From an uncultured Spirochaetota bacterium (GTDB taxonomy: Bacteria; Spirochaetota; Spirochaetia; SZUA-6; Fen-1364), in NCBI GenBank assembly GCA_963820525.1, contig CAWGAA010000003.1, forward strand, positions 384,001-448,000: a DNA stretch of 64,000 bases. Reading direction: 5' to 3'. The first letter of the stretch is position 1. Every line of letters starts with the position of its first letter. The notes beneath the pieces were generated by a model. That model saw only the letters and a list, made by a program, of their open reading frames with translations, did no database searches and was not told the origin of the DNA. Made by a program: the position numbers and the translations under genes. Below, piece after piece: positions 47,532 to 58,140 of the stretch.

Positions 47532-49226
47532 TTACTCCGAAACAAGCACGATTTGCGAGGCCTCGTGGTATTCGGGCCCCAGGTGGGGAAGAAGCTCGGC
47601 CACGTCCCGCTCGCTTCCCTCGATGCCCAGGGCGGCGAAGCCTTTGTCTCCCCGTGCGCCCAGCTGCAGGTCCACGACGTTGACTCCTCGCGAGGCAAGG
47701 GCGGAAAGAAGGACGAGGAGCACTCCCGGCTTGTTGGCGTGCACCGTGATCAGCATGTGGCGCGAGACGGGCACGGGCAGCCATGCCCCGTCCACCTCCA
47801 GGAGGTAGGCCGGCGCCCTCTTCAGCGGCGGAAGGGCGATGCGCTTCTCCGGCTCGATGCTGAAAAAACGCTCCCGGGCGGTGCCGATGACGAAATCGAC
47901 GGCCTCGCGCACCCGCTCCCGAGGCCCGTTGAGGGTCAGGTAGGCCGTGGCCGTCCCGTCCTCGCGCGAGTTGAGGTAGGCGGTCTCCACGTTGATCTCC
48001 TCGGAGGCGAGGGTGTTGAGCAGTATCGCGAGGGTCCCCGGGGTGTCCGTATGGTGAGAAAACAGGCACGACAGCTCCCCGCCACGGTACGCCGGCACGC
48101 GGTCCGAGATCGTGAGAGACCTGTCCAGCCTCCGCGCGCGCAGGGCGTGGAACGACCCCAGGGACGAGGACTCGGGAAAGATGCGGGCAAGCGGCTTGAA
48201 GTCTCCCCCAAAGGAGAGGTGGGGGATCTCCAGGCGCAGCTCGCGATCGAACCTCTGGTTGAGCATCTCGATGGCGAGGTTGAGGACGCGAAACCTGTCC
48301 TCTCCCCGCGTGCCGCGCGGGGCGGTTTCAAGGGGGCGCTTCTCGGGGATCCCGCGGGAGAAGGAGACGTAGTAGCGGTAGCCTGCCTCCTGCATGTGGC
48401 GGATGCCGGCCGCGTAATCCTTGCCAAGGTCCTCCACCCCATGGGTGTCCGAACCGATGGCCACGGGGATTCCCAGCCCGCGCGCCCGCTTGAGGATCTC
48501 GAGGTCGGGATAGATTCCCACTCCCTTGCGCAGGCCGGAGAGGTTCACATCGAGGGCGAGGTTTCGCTCCGCGATCATCTCCAAAAGCGTGAACAACCGG
48601 TGGGACGCCCCGTCGTCTGCGGAGTCGAAATCCTTGAAGGAGTCCGGCAGGGGAGCATAGAGCTTGGGAATGTCGAGGTGGCCCACCACGGAGATGATCT
48701 GGCCGCAGGCGTCCACCATCTCGATCATCTCGTCGAAATACCCCTCCCACAGCCCCTGGAGTCCTCCCCGCAGGCCGATGAGACGCTCCGTATCCTCCTT
48801 GGAGCCGTCGTAGGGAATCCCCTCGGGGGAGAAGTGGACGGAACAGATGACGAAATCCACGCCGGGGGCCTGGTAGAGCTTGGCGCGGGTCCACTCCATT
48901 CCCAGCCCCGTTCCCAGCCACTCCAGCTCCACGCCGAAGCGGATCCGGATCCTGCCCGCGTAGCGCCGCCGCAGGTCCTCCATCCTGGCCGAATAGTCGA
49001 AGTATGCGGCGTCCCCGCGGATGAACTTGACGTCCGTGGCCCGCTCGCTGGCATAGCGGAACCGCGTGAGCCGTGGAGTGTGGATGATGAGGGTGAGAGA
49101 GGGGAATCGGAGAGCCAGGGCGCGCTCGATCAGGCCGTCCAGGTCGTCCACCCCATGGCTGACGTGATCCTTTCCCGTTCCGACGTGTATCCCGTGGGTC
49201 TCCCAGACGTGCGCTCCGCGTTCCAT
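47532..49226 (-). CDS. HisJ-like PHP phosphatase fused to two ACT domains
   Basis: 'GVELEW', 'ICSVHF', 'GHLD', 'GSDTH'; C-terminal 'DTPGTLA..N' and 'NKPGVL..NV' ACT motifs. Confidence 0.8.
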   Translation of the reverse strand: MERGAHVWETHGIHVGTGKDHVSHGVDDLDGLIERALALRFPSLTLIIHTPRLTRFRYASERATDVKFIRGDAAYFDYSARMEDLRRRYAGRIRIRFGVELEWLGTGLGMEWTRAKLYQAPGVDFVICSVHFSPEGIPYDGSKEDTERLIGLRGGLQGLWEGYFDEMIEMVDACGQIISVVGHLDIPKLYAPLPDSFKDFDSADDGASHRLFTLLEMIAERNLALDVNLSGLRKGVGIYPDLEILKRARGLGIPVAIGSDTHGVEDLGKDYAAGIRHMQEAGYRYYVSFSRGIPEKRPLETAPRGTRGEDRFRVLNLAIEMLNQRFDRELRLEIPHLSFGGDFKPLARIFPESSSLGSFHALRARRLDRSLTISDRVPAYRGGELSCLFSHHTDTPGTLAILLNTLASEEINVETAYLNSREDGTATAYLTLNGPRERVREAVDFVIGTARERFFSIEPEKRIALPPLKRAPAYLLEVDGAWLPVPVSRHMLITVHANKPGVLLVLLSALASRGVNVVDLQLGARGDKGFAALGIEGSERDVAELLPHLGPEYHEASQIVLVSE

Positions 49227-49361
49227 GGCGGTGAGTGTAGCAGAAAAGGCCGGTACGCGTCTGTGCGCCCTCTCCGCCTCTCTCGTGGTTCGACGGTGAA
49301 ATGCGAATCCTTGAACGGCGATCCCTTCTTTACTATCTTAAGGTGAGAGGGGGCGGCTGAA

Positions 49362-49817
49362 GTGGATGCACAGCAAATGTCCGATAAGCTGCGGACGATC
49401 ATCGACGCTCATGGCGCCGGAATCCTCGCATCGACGGATGCGGAGGGAAGGCCCCACGTGCGGTGGCTCACTCCCGTGATCTTTCCCTCCCGGCCCGGGA
49501 GCATCTACGCCCTCACGGTCCCTATTTTCCCCAAGGTGGGCCAGCTTCGCGCCAGTCCCTTCGTGGAATGGCTCTTCCAGACCCCTTCCTTGAGCGAAGT
49601 GGTAACCGTCCGCGGCAGGATCGTCGTCGTGGACAACCCGTCCCTGCGCTCCCAGGTGCTGGAGGCGATCGGCAAGCGTCTCTTTTCCCTCTGGAAGCTG
49701 ACGCACGACGCGCGGGACCTGGCCGTGCTGGAGACGGAGATCGAAGAGGCGACCTACTACAAGCCCATGGAGGGCAGCAGGGAGGCCGTTTCCTTCGGCA
49801 GGCAAGGGAGCCCGTGA
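49362..49817 (+). CDS. Pyridoxamine 5'-phosphate oxidase-like FMN-binding protein
   Basis: 'ILASTDAEGRPHVRW', 'KVGQL..P.VE'. Confidence 0.75.
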   Translation: MDAQQMSDKLRTIIDAHGAGILASTDAEGRPHVRWLTPVIFPSRPGSIYALTVPIFPKVGQLRASPFVEWLFQTPSLSEVVTVRGRIVVVDNPSLRSQVLEAIGKRLFSLWKLTHDARDLAVLETEIEEATYYKPMEGSREAVSFGRQGSP

Positions 49818-50812
49818 TGGCGAAGCTGAAACAGAAAACGGCCCCTGAGGTGGATGTGCTCACGGGATATCTACGGCAGATGCTCCTCATCCGCAGGTTC
49901 GAGGAGAAGGCGGCACAGATGTACGGCCTTCGAAAGATCGGGGGCTTCTGCCACCTCTACATCGGCCAGGAGGGGGTGGCGGTCGGCGCCATTTCCGCCC
50001 TTGACCTCGGCCGGGATTACGTCGTGACGGCCTACCGGGACCACGGCCACGCCCTGGCCTGCGGGATGGACCCCAAGACGGTCATGGCGGAGCTCTTCGC
50101 CAAGGAGACGGGATGCTCGCGGGGCAAGGGCGGGTCCATGCACCTGTTCGACAAAGACAAACACATGTTCGGCGGAAACGGCATTGTTGGGGCCCAGATC
50201 CCCGTGGCCACGGGGGTGGCCCTGAAGTGCCGCTACAGGAAGGACGGCGGGGTTGTGCTCTGCTTCTTCGGAGACGGAGCCATCCACCAGGGCTCGTATC
50301 ACGAGAGCCTCAACATGGCCAAGATCTGGAACCTGCCCATCGTCTACATCTGCGAGAACAACCATTACGGGATGGGCACCGATTGGCGGCGGGTCTCCGC
50401 CGTGACCGACTTTTCCTCCATGGGCTGCTCTTACGGCATCCCCGGCAAGCAGGTCAACGGCATGGATGTGCGCGAGGTCCACCGGGAAGTCTCCGCCGCG
50501 GTGGAAAGAGCGCGCGCGGAGTCCTCCCCGATGTTCCTGGAGATGCTCACCTACCGCTACCGCGGCCACTCGATGAGCGACCCGGCGAAATACAGGACCC
50601 CGGAGGAGCTGGAGTCCTACAAGAAGCAGGACCCCATCCTCATCCTCAAGCAGGCCATGACCGAGTCGGGGGCCTTGAGCGAATCCGACTACGAGGCGCT
50701 GGACGCTTCCAGCAAGGCGGCCTGCGAAGAGGCGGTGAGCTTCGCCGAGGAGAGCCCCGAGCCTCCCCTCCAGGCGATGTACGAGGACGTATTCTCCGAG
50801 GGTGAAACCTGA
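49817..50812 (+). CDS. pdhA: Pyruvate dehydrogenase E1 alpha
   Basis: 'KIGGFCHLYIGQE', GDGA..N TPP motif, 'YRYRGHSMSDP'. Confidence 0.95.
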   Translation: MAKLKQKTAPEVDVLTGYLRQMLLIRRFEEKAAQMYGLRKIGGFCHLYIGQEGVAVGAISALDLGRDYVVTAYRDHGHALACGMDPKTVMAELFAKETGCSRGKGGSMHLFDKDKHMFGGNGIVGAQIPVATGVALKCRYRKDGGVVLCFFGDGAIHQGSYHESLNMAKIWNLPIVYICENNHYGMGTDWRRVSAVTDFSSMGCSYGIPGKQVNGMDVREVHREVSAAVERARAESSPMFLEMLTYRYRGHSMSDPAKYRTPEELESYKKQDPILILKQAMTESGALSESDYEALDASSKAACEEAVSFAEESPEPPLQAMYEDVFSEGET

Positions 50813-51789
50813 TGGCCTCAATCACGGTCCGCGAAGCGCTCCGCCAGGCCATGGACGAAGAGATGGCCAGGGACGACAGGATCATCCTCCTGGGCGAAGA
50901 GGTGGGCGAGTACGACGGCGCCTACAAGGTGAGCCAGGGGCTTCTCGCCAAGTACGGACCCGAGAGGGTGATCGACACCCCCATCTCGGAGCTGGGGTTC
51001 ACCGGCATCGGAATCGGCGCCGCGATGGCGGGCCTCCGTCCCATCGTGGAGTGGATGACCTTCAACTTCTCGCTCCAGGCGTTCGACCAGGTGGTCAGCA
51101 ACGCGGCCAAGATGCGCTACATGTCGGGCGGCCAGTTCAGCCTGCCCATCGTCTTTCGCGGGCCCAACGGACCGGCCGAGCACCTCGCCTCCCAGCATTC
51201 CCAGGCGCTCCAGTCGATGTTCGCGCATGTCCCCGGGCTCAAGGTGGTGGCGCCGTCGAACGCCGCGGACGCGAAGGGTCTGCTCAAGGCCGCCATCCGC
51301 GACGACAACCCCGTGATCTTCATGGAGGCGGAGCTCATGTACGGGTGGAAGGGCGAGGTGCCTGAAGGGGAGCACATCGTCCCGCTTGGCGCGGCAGAGG
51401 TGAAACGGGCGGGAAAGGACGTCACCCTCGTCGGGTTCTCCAAGCCCCTGAAGACGATCCTCGAGGCGGCGGACGCCCTCCTGACCCAGGGGATCGAGGC
51501 CGAGGTGGTGGACCTGCGGACCGTCAGGCCCCTGGACGAGCGGGCGGTCTACGCCTCCGTGTCGAAGACCAACGCCTGCGTCGTGGTGGACGAGGCCTGG
51601 CCCTTCGCGAGCGTCGGCTCTCACGTGGCGTGGCTGGTTTCGCGCAACTGCTTCGACGATCTGGACGCTCCCGTGGAGCTGGTGTCCTCCGAGGATGTTC
51701 CCCTGCCGTACAATCACACCCTGGAGCTCGCCGCACAGCCCTCCGTGGAAAAGATCGTGGACGCCGTGAAACGCGCCCTGTACAGGTGA
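50812..51789 (+). CDS. pdhB: Pyruvate dehydrogenase E1 beta
   Basis: 'GEEVGEYDGAYK', 'DTPISE', 'SQHSQ'. Confidence 0.95.
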   Translation: MASITVREALRQAMDEEMARDDRIILLGEEVGEYDGAYKVSQGLLAKYGPERVIDTPISELGFTGIGIGAAMAGLRPIVEWMTFNFSLQAFDQVVSNAAKMRYMSGGQFSLPIVFRGPNGPAEHLASQHSQALQSMFAHVPGLKVVAPSNAADAKGLLKAAIRDDNPVIFMEAELMYGWKGEVPEGEHIVPLGAAEVKRAGKDVTLVGFSKPLKTILEAADALLTQGIEAEVVDLRTVRPLDERAVYASVSKTNACVVVDEAWPFASVGSHVAWLVSRNCFDDLDAPVELVSSEDVPLPYNHTLELAAQPSVEKIVDAVKRALYR

Positions 51790-51798
51790 GGAGGGGTC

Positions 51799-53154
51799 AT
51801 GGCAGAAAAAGTGGTGATGATCGCCCTCTCTCCCACGATGGATGCGGGAACTCTCGTGAAGTGGCGCAAGAAGGAAGGCGACACGGTGAAGAGCGGGGAC
51901 GTGATCTGCGAGGTTGAGACGGACAAGGCCACAATGGACTACGAGTCCAGCTCCGAGGGCGTGCTCTTGAAGATCCTCCTCCCCGAGGGAGGGCAGGCGA
52001 AGGTGGGAGACCCGATCGCCATCCTGGGAAAGCCGGGAGAGGACATCGCCGCGCTCCTGGCGGAAAGCCCCCCGCCGCCCGCGGCGCCAAAGCCCATTTC
52101 GGCAGCGGCGGCGCAGGTCCCGGCCGCCGGGCTCTCGGGGCAGCAGACGGCGCCCGCTCCGGCAGCGCAGATCGCCCAGACCGGCCGCACCCTCAGCTCG
52201 CCCCTTGCCCGAAGGATGGCCAGGGAGCGTGGAATCGACCTCCGAGCCGTGCCGGGAAGCGGCCCGGGCGGGCGCGTCGTTAAGCGGGACATCGAGACGG
52301 CTTCCACCGGCGCATCGCGGGCCGCGGCGGGGCTCCCCGCTTCGCCGGCCTTCCCGGCGGGGCCTTCGACATTTGCGGGCGGCGCTACTCCGGTCCTTGC
52401 CCCCGCGCCGCAGGACCAGGTCCTGCCGCTCACCGGGATGCGCAGGACCATCGCCCGGCGTCTCTCGGAGTCGATGTTCACGGCGCCGCATATCTACCTC
52501 ACGGTATCCATCGCCATGGACGCGATCATGGCCGCTCGGCGGGAGCTGAACGCGGGCCGCGCGCGAAAGGTGTCGATGAACGCCTTTCTCATCAAGCTTT
52601 CCGCCGAGGCCTTGAAGCGGCATCCCCGGGTGAACTCCTCGTGGAACGGGGATTCAATCCTGGTGCGGGGAAGCATCGACATCGGCCTGGCAGTAGCCCT
52701 CCCGGACGGCCTTGTTACTCCGATTGTCAGAAACTGCGGCTTCAAGGGAATCGGCGCAATCGACGAGGAGCTCGCGGACATGGTCGAGCGGGCGCGCGCG
52801 GGAAGGCTCGCGCCTGAGGAGTACAACGGGGCGAGCTTTTCCATCAGCAACCTCGGTTCCTTCGGGGTGGAGGAGTTCACCGCGGTCATCAACCCTCCCG
52901 GCTCCGCCATCCTCGCCGTGGGCGCCATCAAAAGGCAGCCCGTTGTCGATGAAGAGGAACAGCCGGCGCCGCCGGGAGGGCGGCCCATCGCCGCGCCGGA
53001 CATCGCCGGCATCGGAGGGCCCGCCCTCACCGTTCGAAGCATGATGCGGGTCACTCTCTCCTGCGACCACCGCGTCATCGACGGCGCCGTGGGCGCCGCG
53101 TTTCTTGCGGACCTGCGGGCTATGATGGAAAACCCCTTTCGCATACTGTATTGA
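51799..53154 (+). CDS. pdhC: Dihydrolipoamide acetyltransferase E2
   Basis: Lipoyl 'EVETDKA', E3-binding 'SPLARR', 'DHRVIDG'. Confidence 0.95.
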   Translation: MAEKVVMIALSPTMDAGTLVKWRKKEGDTVKSGDVICEVETDKATMDYESSSEGVLLKILLPEGGQAKVGDPIAILGKPGEDIAALLAESPPPPAAPKPISAAAAQVPAAGLSGQQTAPAPAAQIAQTGRTLSSPLARRMARERGIDLRAVPGSGPGGRVVKRDIETASTGASRAAAGLPASPAFPAGPSTFAGGATPVLAPAPQDQVLPLTGMRRTIARRLSESMFTAPHIYLTVSIAMDAIMAARRELNAGRARKVSMNAFLIKLSAEALKRHPRVNSSWNGDSILVRGSIDIGLAVALPDGLVTPIVRNCGFKGIGAIDEELADMVERARAGRLAPEEYNGASFSISNLGSFGVEEFTAVINPPGSAILAVGAIKRQPVVDEEEQPAPPGGRPIAAPDIAGIGGPALTVRSMMRVTLSCDHRVIDGAVGAAFLADLRAMMENPFRILY

Positions 53155-53175
53155 AACAGCAGGGAGGAGCATGAT

Positions 53176-54567
53176 TTGAGCGGTTTCGATTACGACGTGC
53201 TCATCATAGGCTCAGGCCCCGGTGGCTACGTGGCCGGGATCCGCGCGGCGCAGCTCGGGCTGAAGTCCGCGGTGATAGAGAAGGACAAGCCGGGGGGAGT
53301 ATGCCTCAACATCGGCTGCATCCCCTCCAAGGCCCTCATCCACCAGGCGGAGATCTTCCGTGGAATAGCGGCGCTTCAGGAGGCGGGGGTCACGGTCGAC
53401 TGCACGGGATTCGATTACGCCAAGGTCTACGAGAAATCCCGAAAGGCCGCGGACACGCTGTCCCGGGGCGTCGAATATCTGCTGAAGAAAAACAAGGTGG
53501 AGCTCATCACGGGAGAGGGAAAACTCTCGGGAAAGAACGAAGTGCTGGTCGGCGGCAGCAGGAAGGTGACGGGCAGGAACATCATCATCGCCACCGGCTC
53601 GCGCCCGCGAGAGCTTCCCGGCTTCCCCTTCGACGAAAAGCGGGTCCTCTCGTCCAACGGCGGGCTCATGCTCACCAAGCTTCCCAAGAAGATCGTCATC
53701 CTGGGCGCAGGCGCCATCGGCGTGGAGTTCAGCCACATCCTCAACGCCTTCGGGGTCGAGGTGCACCTGGTGGAAATGATGGACCGCATCCTTCCCCTGG
53801 AAGACGCGGAGAGCGTTTCCGTTCTCGAGCGGGCCTTCAAGAAGCGCGGGATCTCGATCTCAACATCCACCAAGGCCCTATCAATGGAAAAGGGAAAATC
53901 GAGCGTCAAGGTCGTCCTGGAGGATTCCTCAGGCGTGAAAAGGACGGTGGAGGCGGATCAGCTCCTTGTGGTCGTGGGGCGTGCCCCGAACTCCGAGAAG
54001 ATCGGCCTGGAGACCGTGGGGCTGTCCACGGAGAAGGGCGCCATCCCCGTGGGGGATTTCTATCAGACGAAGGTGAGCGGAATCTACGCCATCGGGGACG
54101 TGATTCCCGCTCCCCTCCTCGCCCACGTGGCATCCAAGGAAGGGGAGATCGCGGTGGAGCACATCGCGGGCAAAAATCCGCCGCCGCGCATCGACCCGCT
54201 CTCCATTCCCAACTGCGTGTACAGCGATCCTCAGGTGGCCAGCTTCGGGCTTCCCGAATGGAAGGCGAAGGAGCTGGGCCGGAAGTACCAGAAAGCGAGC
54301 TTCCCGTATCGCGGGGCGGGAAAATCGGTGGCGGTGGAGCAGACCGAAGGCTTCATCAAGGTCCTGCTCGACGCCGACACGAAGGAGATCATCGGCGCCC
54401 ACGCGGTCGGTGCCGAGGCAACCGAGCTCCTGCACGAGATCCTGCTTGCGCGAACCGCGGAGCTGCTTCCCGAGGACATCGCGAACATGATCCACGCGCA
54501 CCCCACGCTGTCGGAGGCGGTCATGGAGACCATGCGCGCCGCCGAGGGCTGGGCGATTCACATCTAA
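53176..54567 (+). CDS. lpdA: Dihydrolipoamide dehydrogenase E3
   Basis: GSGPGG, CLNIGC, HAHPTLSE. Confidence 0.95.
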   Translation: MSGFDYDVLIIGSGPGGYVAGIRAAQLGLKSAVIEKDKPGGVCLNIGCIPSKALIHQAEIFRGIAALQEAGVTVDCTGFDYAKVYEKSRKAADTLSRGVEYLLKKNKVELITGEGKLSGKNEVLVGGSRKVTGRNIIIATGSRPRELPGFPFDEKRVLSSNGGLMLTKLPKKIVILGAGAIGVEFSHILNAFGVEVHLVEMMDRILPLEDAESVSVLERAFKKRGISISTSTKALSMEKGKSSVKVVLEDSSGVKRTVEADQLLVVVGRAPNSEKIGLETVGLSTEKGAIPVGDFYQTKVSGIYAIGDVIPAPLLAHVASKEGEIAVEHIAGKNPPPRIDPLSIPNCVYSDPQVASFGLPEWKAKELGRKYQKASFPYRGAGKSVAVEQTEGFIKVLLDADTKEIIGAHAVGAEATELLHEILLARTAELLPEDIANMIHAHPTLSEAVMETMRAAEGWAIHI

Positions 54568-54699
54568 AGCCCGGTTTCCGGCTTCACCCTTGCGCGCTCA
54601 GAACCCGGGATATATGCTCTAGATATATGATCGCTTGCCCCTCATTTTCCATTCCCGTTTTTTCTCGGATGGCGGGCCCTATCCTGTAAGAGAGGCGGC

Positions 54700-57015
54700 A
54701 TGGAGATCGAGAAAAAGCGCGCTTCAAGAATCTGTTTTCTGACCGACAACATCATCAGCTTCGGAAAGTATCAGACCCTGATCTGGGAAGGCGCCACGGA
54801 AGCCGCAAGAAAAAACCGCGTCGATTTTGCCTGCCTCTGCGGAGGAACCCTCGAAACCTCCCCCTTGAGCCCCTACGAGAAAAGGCGCAACGCCGTCTAT
54901 GAGCTCATCAACCCCGGCCATTTCGACGGGCTCATCGTCATCTCAACGGTGGGCAGCTTCATCGGCCTGGATCAATTCAGCGCCTTCCTGCGCCGCTTTT
55001 CGCCCCTCCCCACGGTGGTCATAGGCCGGCCGACCGAATCGTTCGCCTGCGTCGTGGAAGAAAACTACTCCAGCATGAAGGAGCTCGTCAGCCATCAGAT
55101 CCGGACGCACGGAAAGAAGCGTATAGCCTTCATCCGCGGCCCCGCCGCCTTGCAGGAGATGGAAGACCGATTTCGTGCCTACCAGGACGCCCTCAAGGAA
55201 AACGGAATAGAGTACGACCCGAGCCTCACGTTCATGGGAGACCTGATGCCGGATTCGGGAAGGAGGGCTTCCGAGTTCTTCTTCGATGGAAGGAGAGCGG
55301 CGCCGGACTGCCTGGTCGCGGTCAACGACAACATGGCGCTTGGCGCGATCGAGGAGCTGAAAAACCGGGGGATATCCATCCCGGACGATCTGGCCGTGGC
55401 GGGATACGACGACATCGAAGAGGCGGGAGTTTCGATTCCGGCCCTCACCACGGTCCGATCTCCCATCAAGCAGATGGGTTTCGCCTCCGTGGAGCTGCTC
55501 TTGAAAACGCTTCGGGGGAAACCGGGCCCGTCCCGGCTGACGCTTTCCTCGGAGGTCGTCATACGGGAATCCTGCGGCTGCTCGCTCACCAAGCTCGTCA
55601 CGTATCGGCCCCGGCGGAACAGTCCATCGGCCGGCCTGCCCGGAATCAGAAGGAATAAGAAGCGGATCATCGGCTCCCTCTCCCGGCTCTTCAATGGAGC
55701 CATGGAGAAGCGATTCATCGAAAACCGTCTTGAAACCCTCTTCGATTCGTTCGTCAAGGATCTGGAGGAAAAGAAGCCGGTCCGCCGCTTCGCCACGAAC
55801 CTATCGGCCGTCTTGAACGATACCGTTCTCTCGGACAGCAACATCCTGCTGTGGCATGGAATCATCGCTGCGTTCCGCAGGAAGGTCCAGGAGTTCCTGA
55901 CCGAGACGGAGGACATCGACTATGCTTCCGCCCTCTGGGATTCAGCGCTCCTGGTGATAGCCAACTACGCCTTCCGCATTCCGAAGTTCCAGACCATCGA
56001 GCGCGAGAAGCAGTCCGAGATCCTCAGGTCCGTGGGCAGGAACATCAACACTCTCTACGACATGCAAAGGCTGGCGGAGATCATCACGGACGAGCTTCCC
56101 AGGCTGGGCATCCGGTATTTCTTCATCTTCATGAACGAGGAGACGGCGGAGGGAATGCGCTGCGGAGGCATGCTCTCCGGCACCCTCAGGCTCACCGCGG
56201 CCTTCTGCGCCGGAGCGAGGCTGAACCTCGAGGCGATGCAGAAGGAGTTCCATCGCGACGCTTTCTTCGAGGACTTTTTCACGATCGCATCGAGGCAGGG
56301 CGAGAACGCGTCATTCCTGGTGGAGGCGCTCCACTTCCGGGAAGAGAACTTCGGCTTTGTCGTCTACCAATCCGACGCGCGCTCCAATGTCATCTTCGAG
56401 AATCTCACGGGTCAGATCAGCAGCGTCCTCATGAGCAGCATCCTCTATCACGAGCGGCTGGCCGCCGAAGCCAGGCTCACGTCAGCCCTCCAGGAGCTGG
56501 AGAACACGAACGAGAAGCTGGAAAGCTATTCCATCATCGACGAGCTCACGGGGCTGTACAACAGGCGGGGGCTCTTCACCTTCGCCGAGCAGCAGATGAA
56601 CCAGTCCATCCGCACGAACAAGCGCTTCCTCCTGTTCTTCGGCGACATGGACGACCTGAAGCTGATCAACGACGGCTGGGGCCACAGCGAAGGCGACCGC
56701 GCCCTGCGGGCGCTCACGAGGATTCTTCAGGACTCGTTTCGGAAATCGGACATCATCTCCCGCATCGGCGGGGACGAGTTCGTGATCATCGCGCCGGAAA
56801 CGCCGGCCTCCATGGCGGGCGCGATTCTGGACAAGCTGGCCGAAAAAATCAGGACGGCGAACGAAAAAGAGCCCCACCAGTATCCCCTGGACATCAGCTT
56901 CGGCGTCGCCGAGTTCGACGCTGAAAAAAAACCGGACATCGAATCCCTTCTTGCCGAGGCGGACAAGCAGCTGTACCTGAATAAGGAAAGAAAAAAGCAC
57001 CAGGCCGAAGAATAG
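54700..57015 (+). CDS. Diguanylate cyclase with N-terminal LacI-type sugar-binding sensor domain
   Basis: 'HGKKRIAFIRGP', 'NDNMALGA', 'IRESCGC'; GGDEF with RKSD I-site. Confidence 0.9.
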   Translation: MEIEKKRASRICFLTDNIISFGKYQTLIWEGATEAARKNRVDFACLCGGTLETSPLSPYEKRRNAVYELINPGHFDGLIVISTVGSFIGLDQFSAFLRRFSPLPTVVIGRPTESFACVVEENYSSMKELVSHQIRTHGKKRIAFIRGPAALQEMEDRFRAYQDALKENGIEYDPSLTFMGDLMPDSGRRASEFFFDGRRAAPDCLVAVNDNMALGAIEELKNRGISIPDDLAVAGYDDIEEAGVSIPALTTVRSPIKQMGFASVELLLKTLRGKPGPSRLTLSSEVVIRESCGCSLTKLVTYRPRRNSPSAGLPGIRRNKKRIIGSLSRLFNGAMEKRFIENRLETLFDSFVKDLEEKKPVRRFATNLSAVLNDTVLSDSNILLWHGIIAAFRRKVQEFLTETEDIDYASALWDSALLVIANYAFRIPKFQTIEREKQSEILRSVGRNINTLYDMQRLAEIITDELPRLGIRYFFIFMNEETAEGMRCGGMLSGTLRLTAAFCAGARLNLEAMQKEFHRDAFFEDFFTIASRQGENASFLVEALHFREENFGFVVYQSDARSNVIFENLTGQISSVLMSSILYHERLAAEARLTSALQELENTNEKLESYSIIDELTGLYNRRGLFTFAEQQMNQSIRTNKRFLLFFGDMDDLKLINDGWGHSEGDRALRALTRILQDSFRKSDIISRIGGDEFVIIAPETPASMAGAILDKLAEKIRTANEKEPHQYPLDISFGVAEFDAEKKPDIESLLAEADKQLYLNKERKKHQAEE

Positions 57016-57091
57016 CTCAGGCGGCGCCCAGACCGCGGCTCGTGAAAAGCGCTGAGCCTACCTCTGAATGCGAGCCTGAGGTGGCCCCCGT

Positions 57092-58121
57092 CTACCGCTG
57101 GACCCGGCCGGAGCCGGACCCGCCCATGAGGCTCTTCACCTCGGAAACGGAGAGAAGGGGCAGGTCTCCGGGAATGGAATGCTTGAGGCACGAGGCCGCG
57201 ACAGCGAACTCCAGCGCCTCCTTCGGCCCCGACAGAGAGCCCAGGCCGTAGATCAAACCCGCGGCAAACGCATCGCCGCTTCCCACCCTGTCCACCACGT
57301 CGCGGATCTCGTAGCCGCGGGAAACGAGGAACTCGCTTCCCGTGTGCAGCAACGGCGGACCAACCGTTGTCGTCAGCGGAGCGGCTCTGGCGAAGGGTTA
57401 TGGCGAGATGGGAGAGGTTGGGGTATTTTGAAAGCACCTTTTCCGCGAGCCCCCGGTACTGGCTGGGCTCAAGCGATCCGGATTCAACGTCGGCGGCTAC
57501 GCTAATTCCCAGGGATTTCTGGCAGTCCTCCTCGTTGGCCATGGCGACGTTCGCGTGCTTCACGAGCTCCCCCATGATCTCGGGGGCTGACGCGCCGTAC
57601 TTCCAGAGATTCTTTCGAAAGTTCAAATCGCAGGACACGGTGACGCCCATCCCGCGCGCCTTCTTCACCGCCTCCAGGGAAAGATCCGCTGCGGACTGGG
57701 AAATTGCGGGAGTGATGCCCGTGATATGCAGCCAGCCCGCGCCGGAAAGCGCGCTTTCCCAGTCGATGTCGCCTTTTTTCGCCTCCGCGATGGCGGAGCC
57801 GGCCCGGTCATAAATGACCACGGAGGGTCTCTGATTGGCGCCGCCCTCGAGGAAGTAGATCCCCAGGCGGCTTCCCTTTCGAACGATTGCCGACGTGTCT
57901 ATTCCATGCCGGGCGAGCTCGGCGACGCACGCGTCGCCTATCGCGTTCGCGGGTATGACGGAGATGTAGGCCGAGTCCAGGCCGAAGCGCGCCAGGGCCA
58001 CGGCGACGTTCGCCTCGCCTCCGCCGAAGGTCGCCTCGAAGCGCGGGCTCTGGAAGAAGCGTTCCGCACCCGGCGGCTTGAGACGCAGCATGATTTCACC
58101 GAAGGTGACGTATCGCGCCAT
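57092..58121 (-). pseudogene. kdgK: 2-dehydro-3-deoxygluconokinase (PfkB) with a frameshift (or sequencing error) near 57345
   Basis: 'FGEIMLRL', 'GGGEANVA' in one frame; catalytic '[12 protein letters not shown]' in another. Confidence 0.8.
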
Positions 58122-58140
58122 GCCCACCTCCTCTCTTTTC

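Noticed and set aside
47445..49346. Long antisense ORFs (also 50818-52623, 16374-17789, 437-1504, 24403-25551 and others)
   Set aside because: Shadows of well-supported genes in GC-rich DNA, with no motifs of their own
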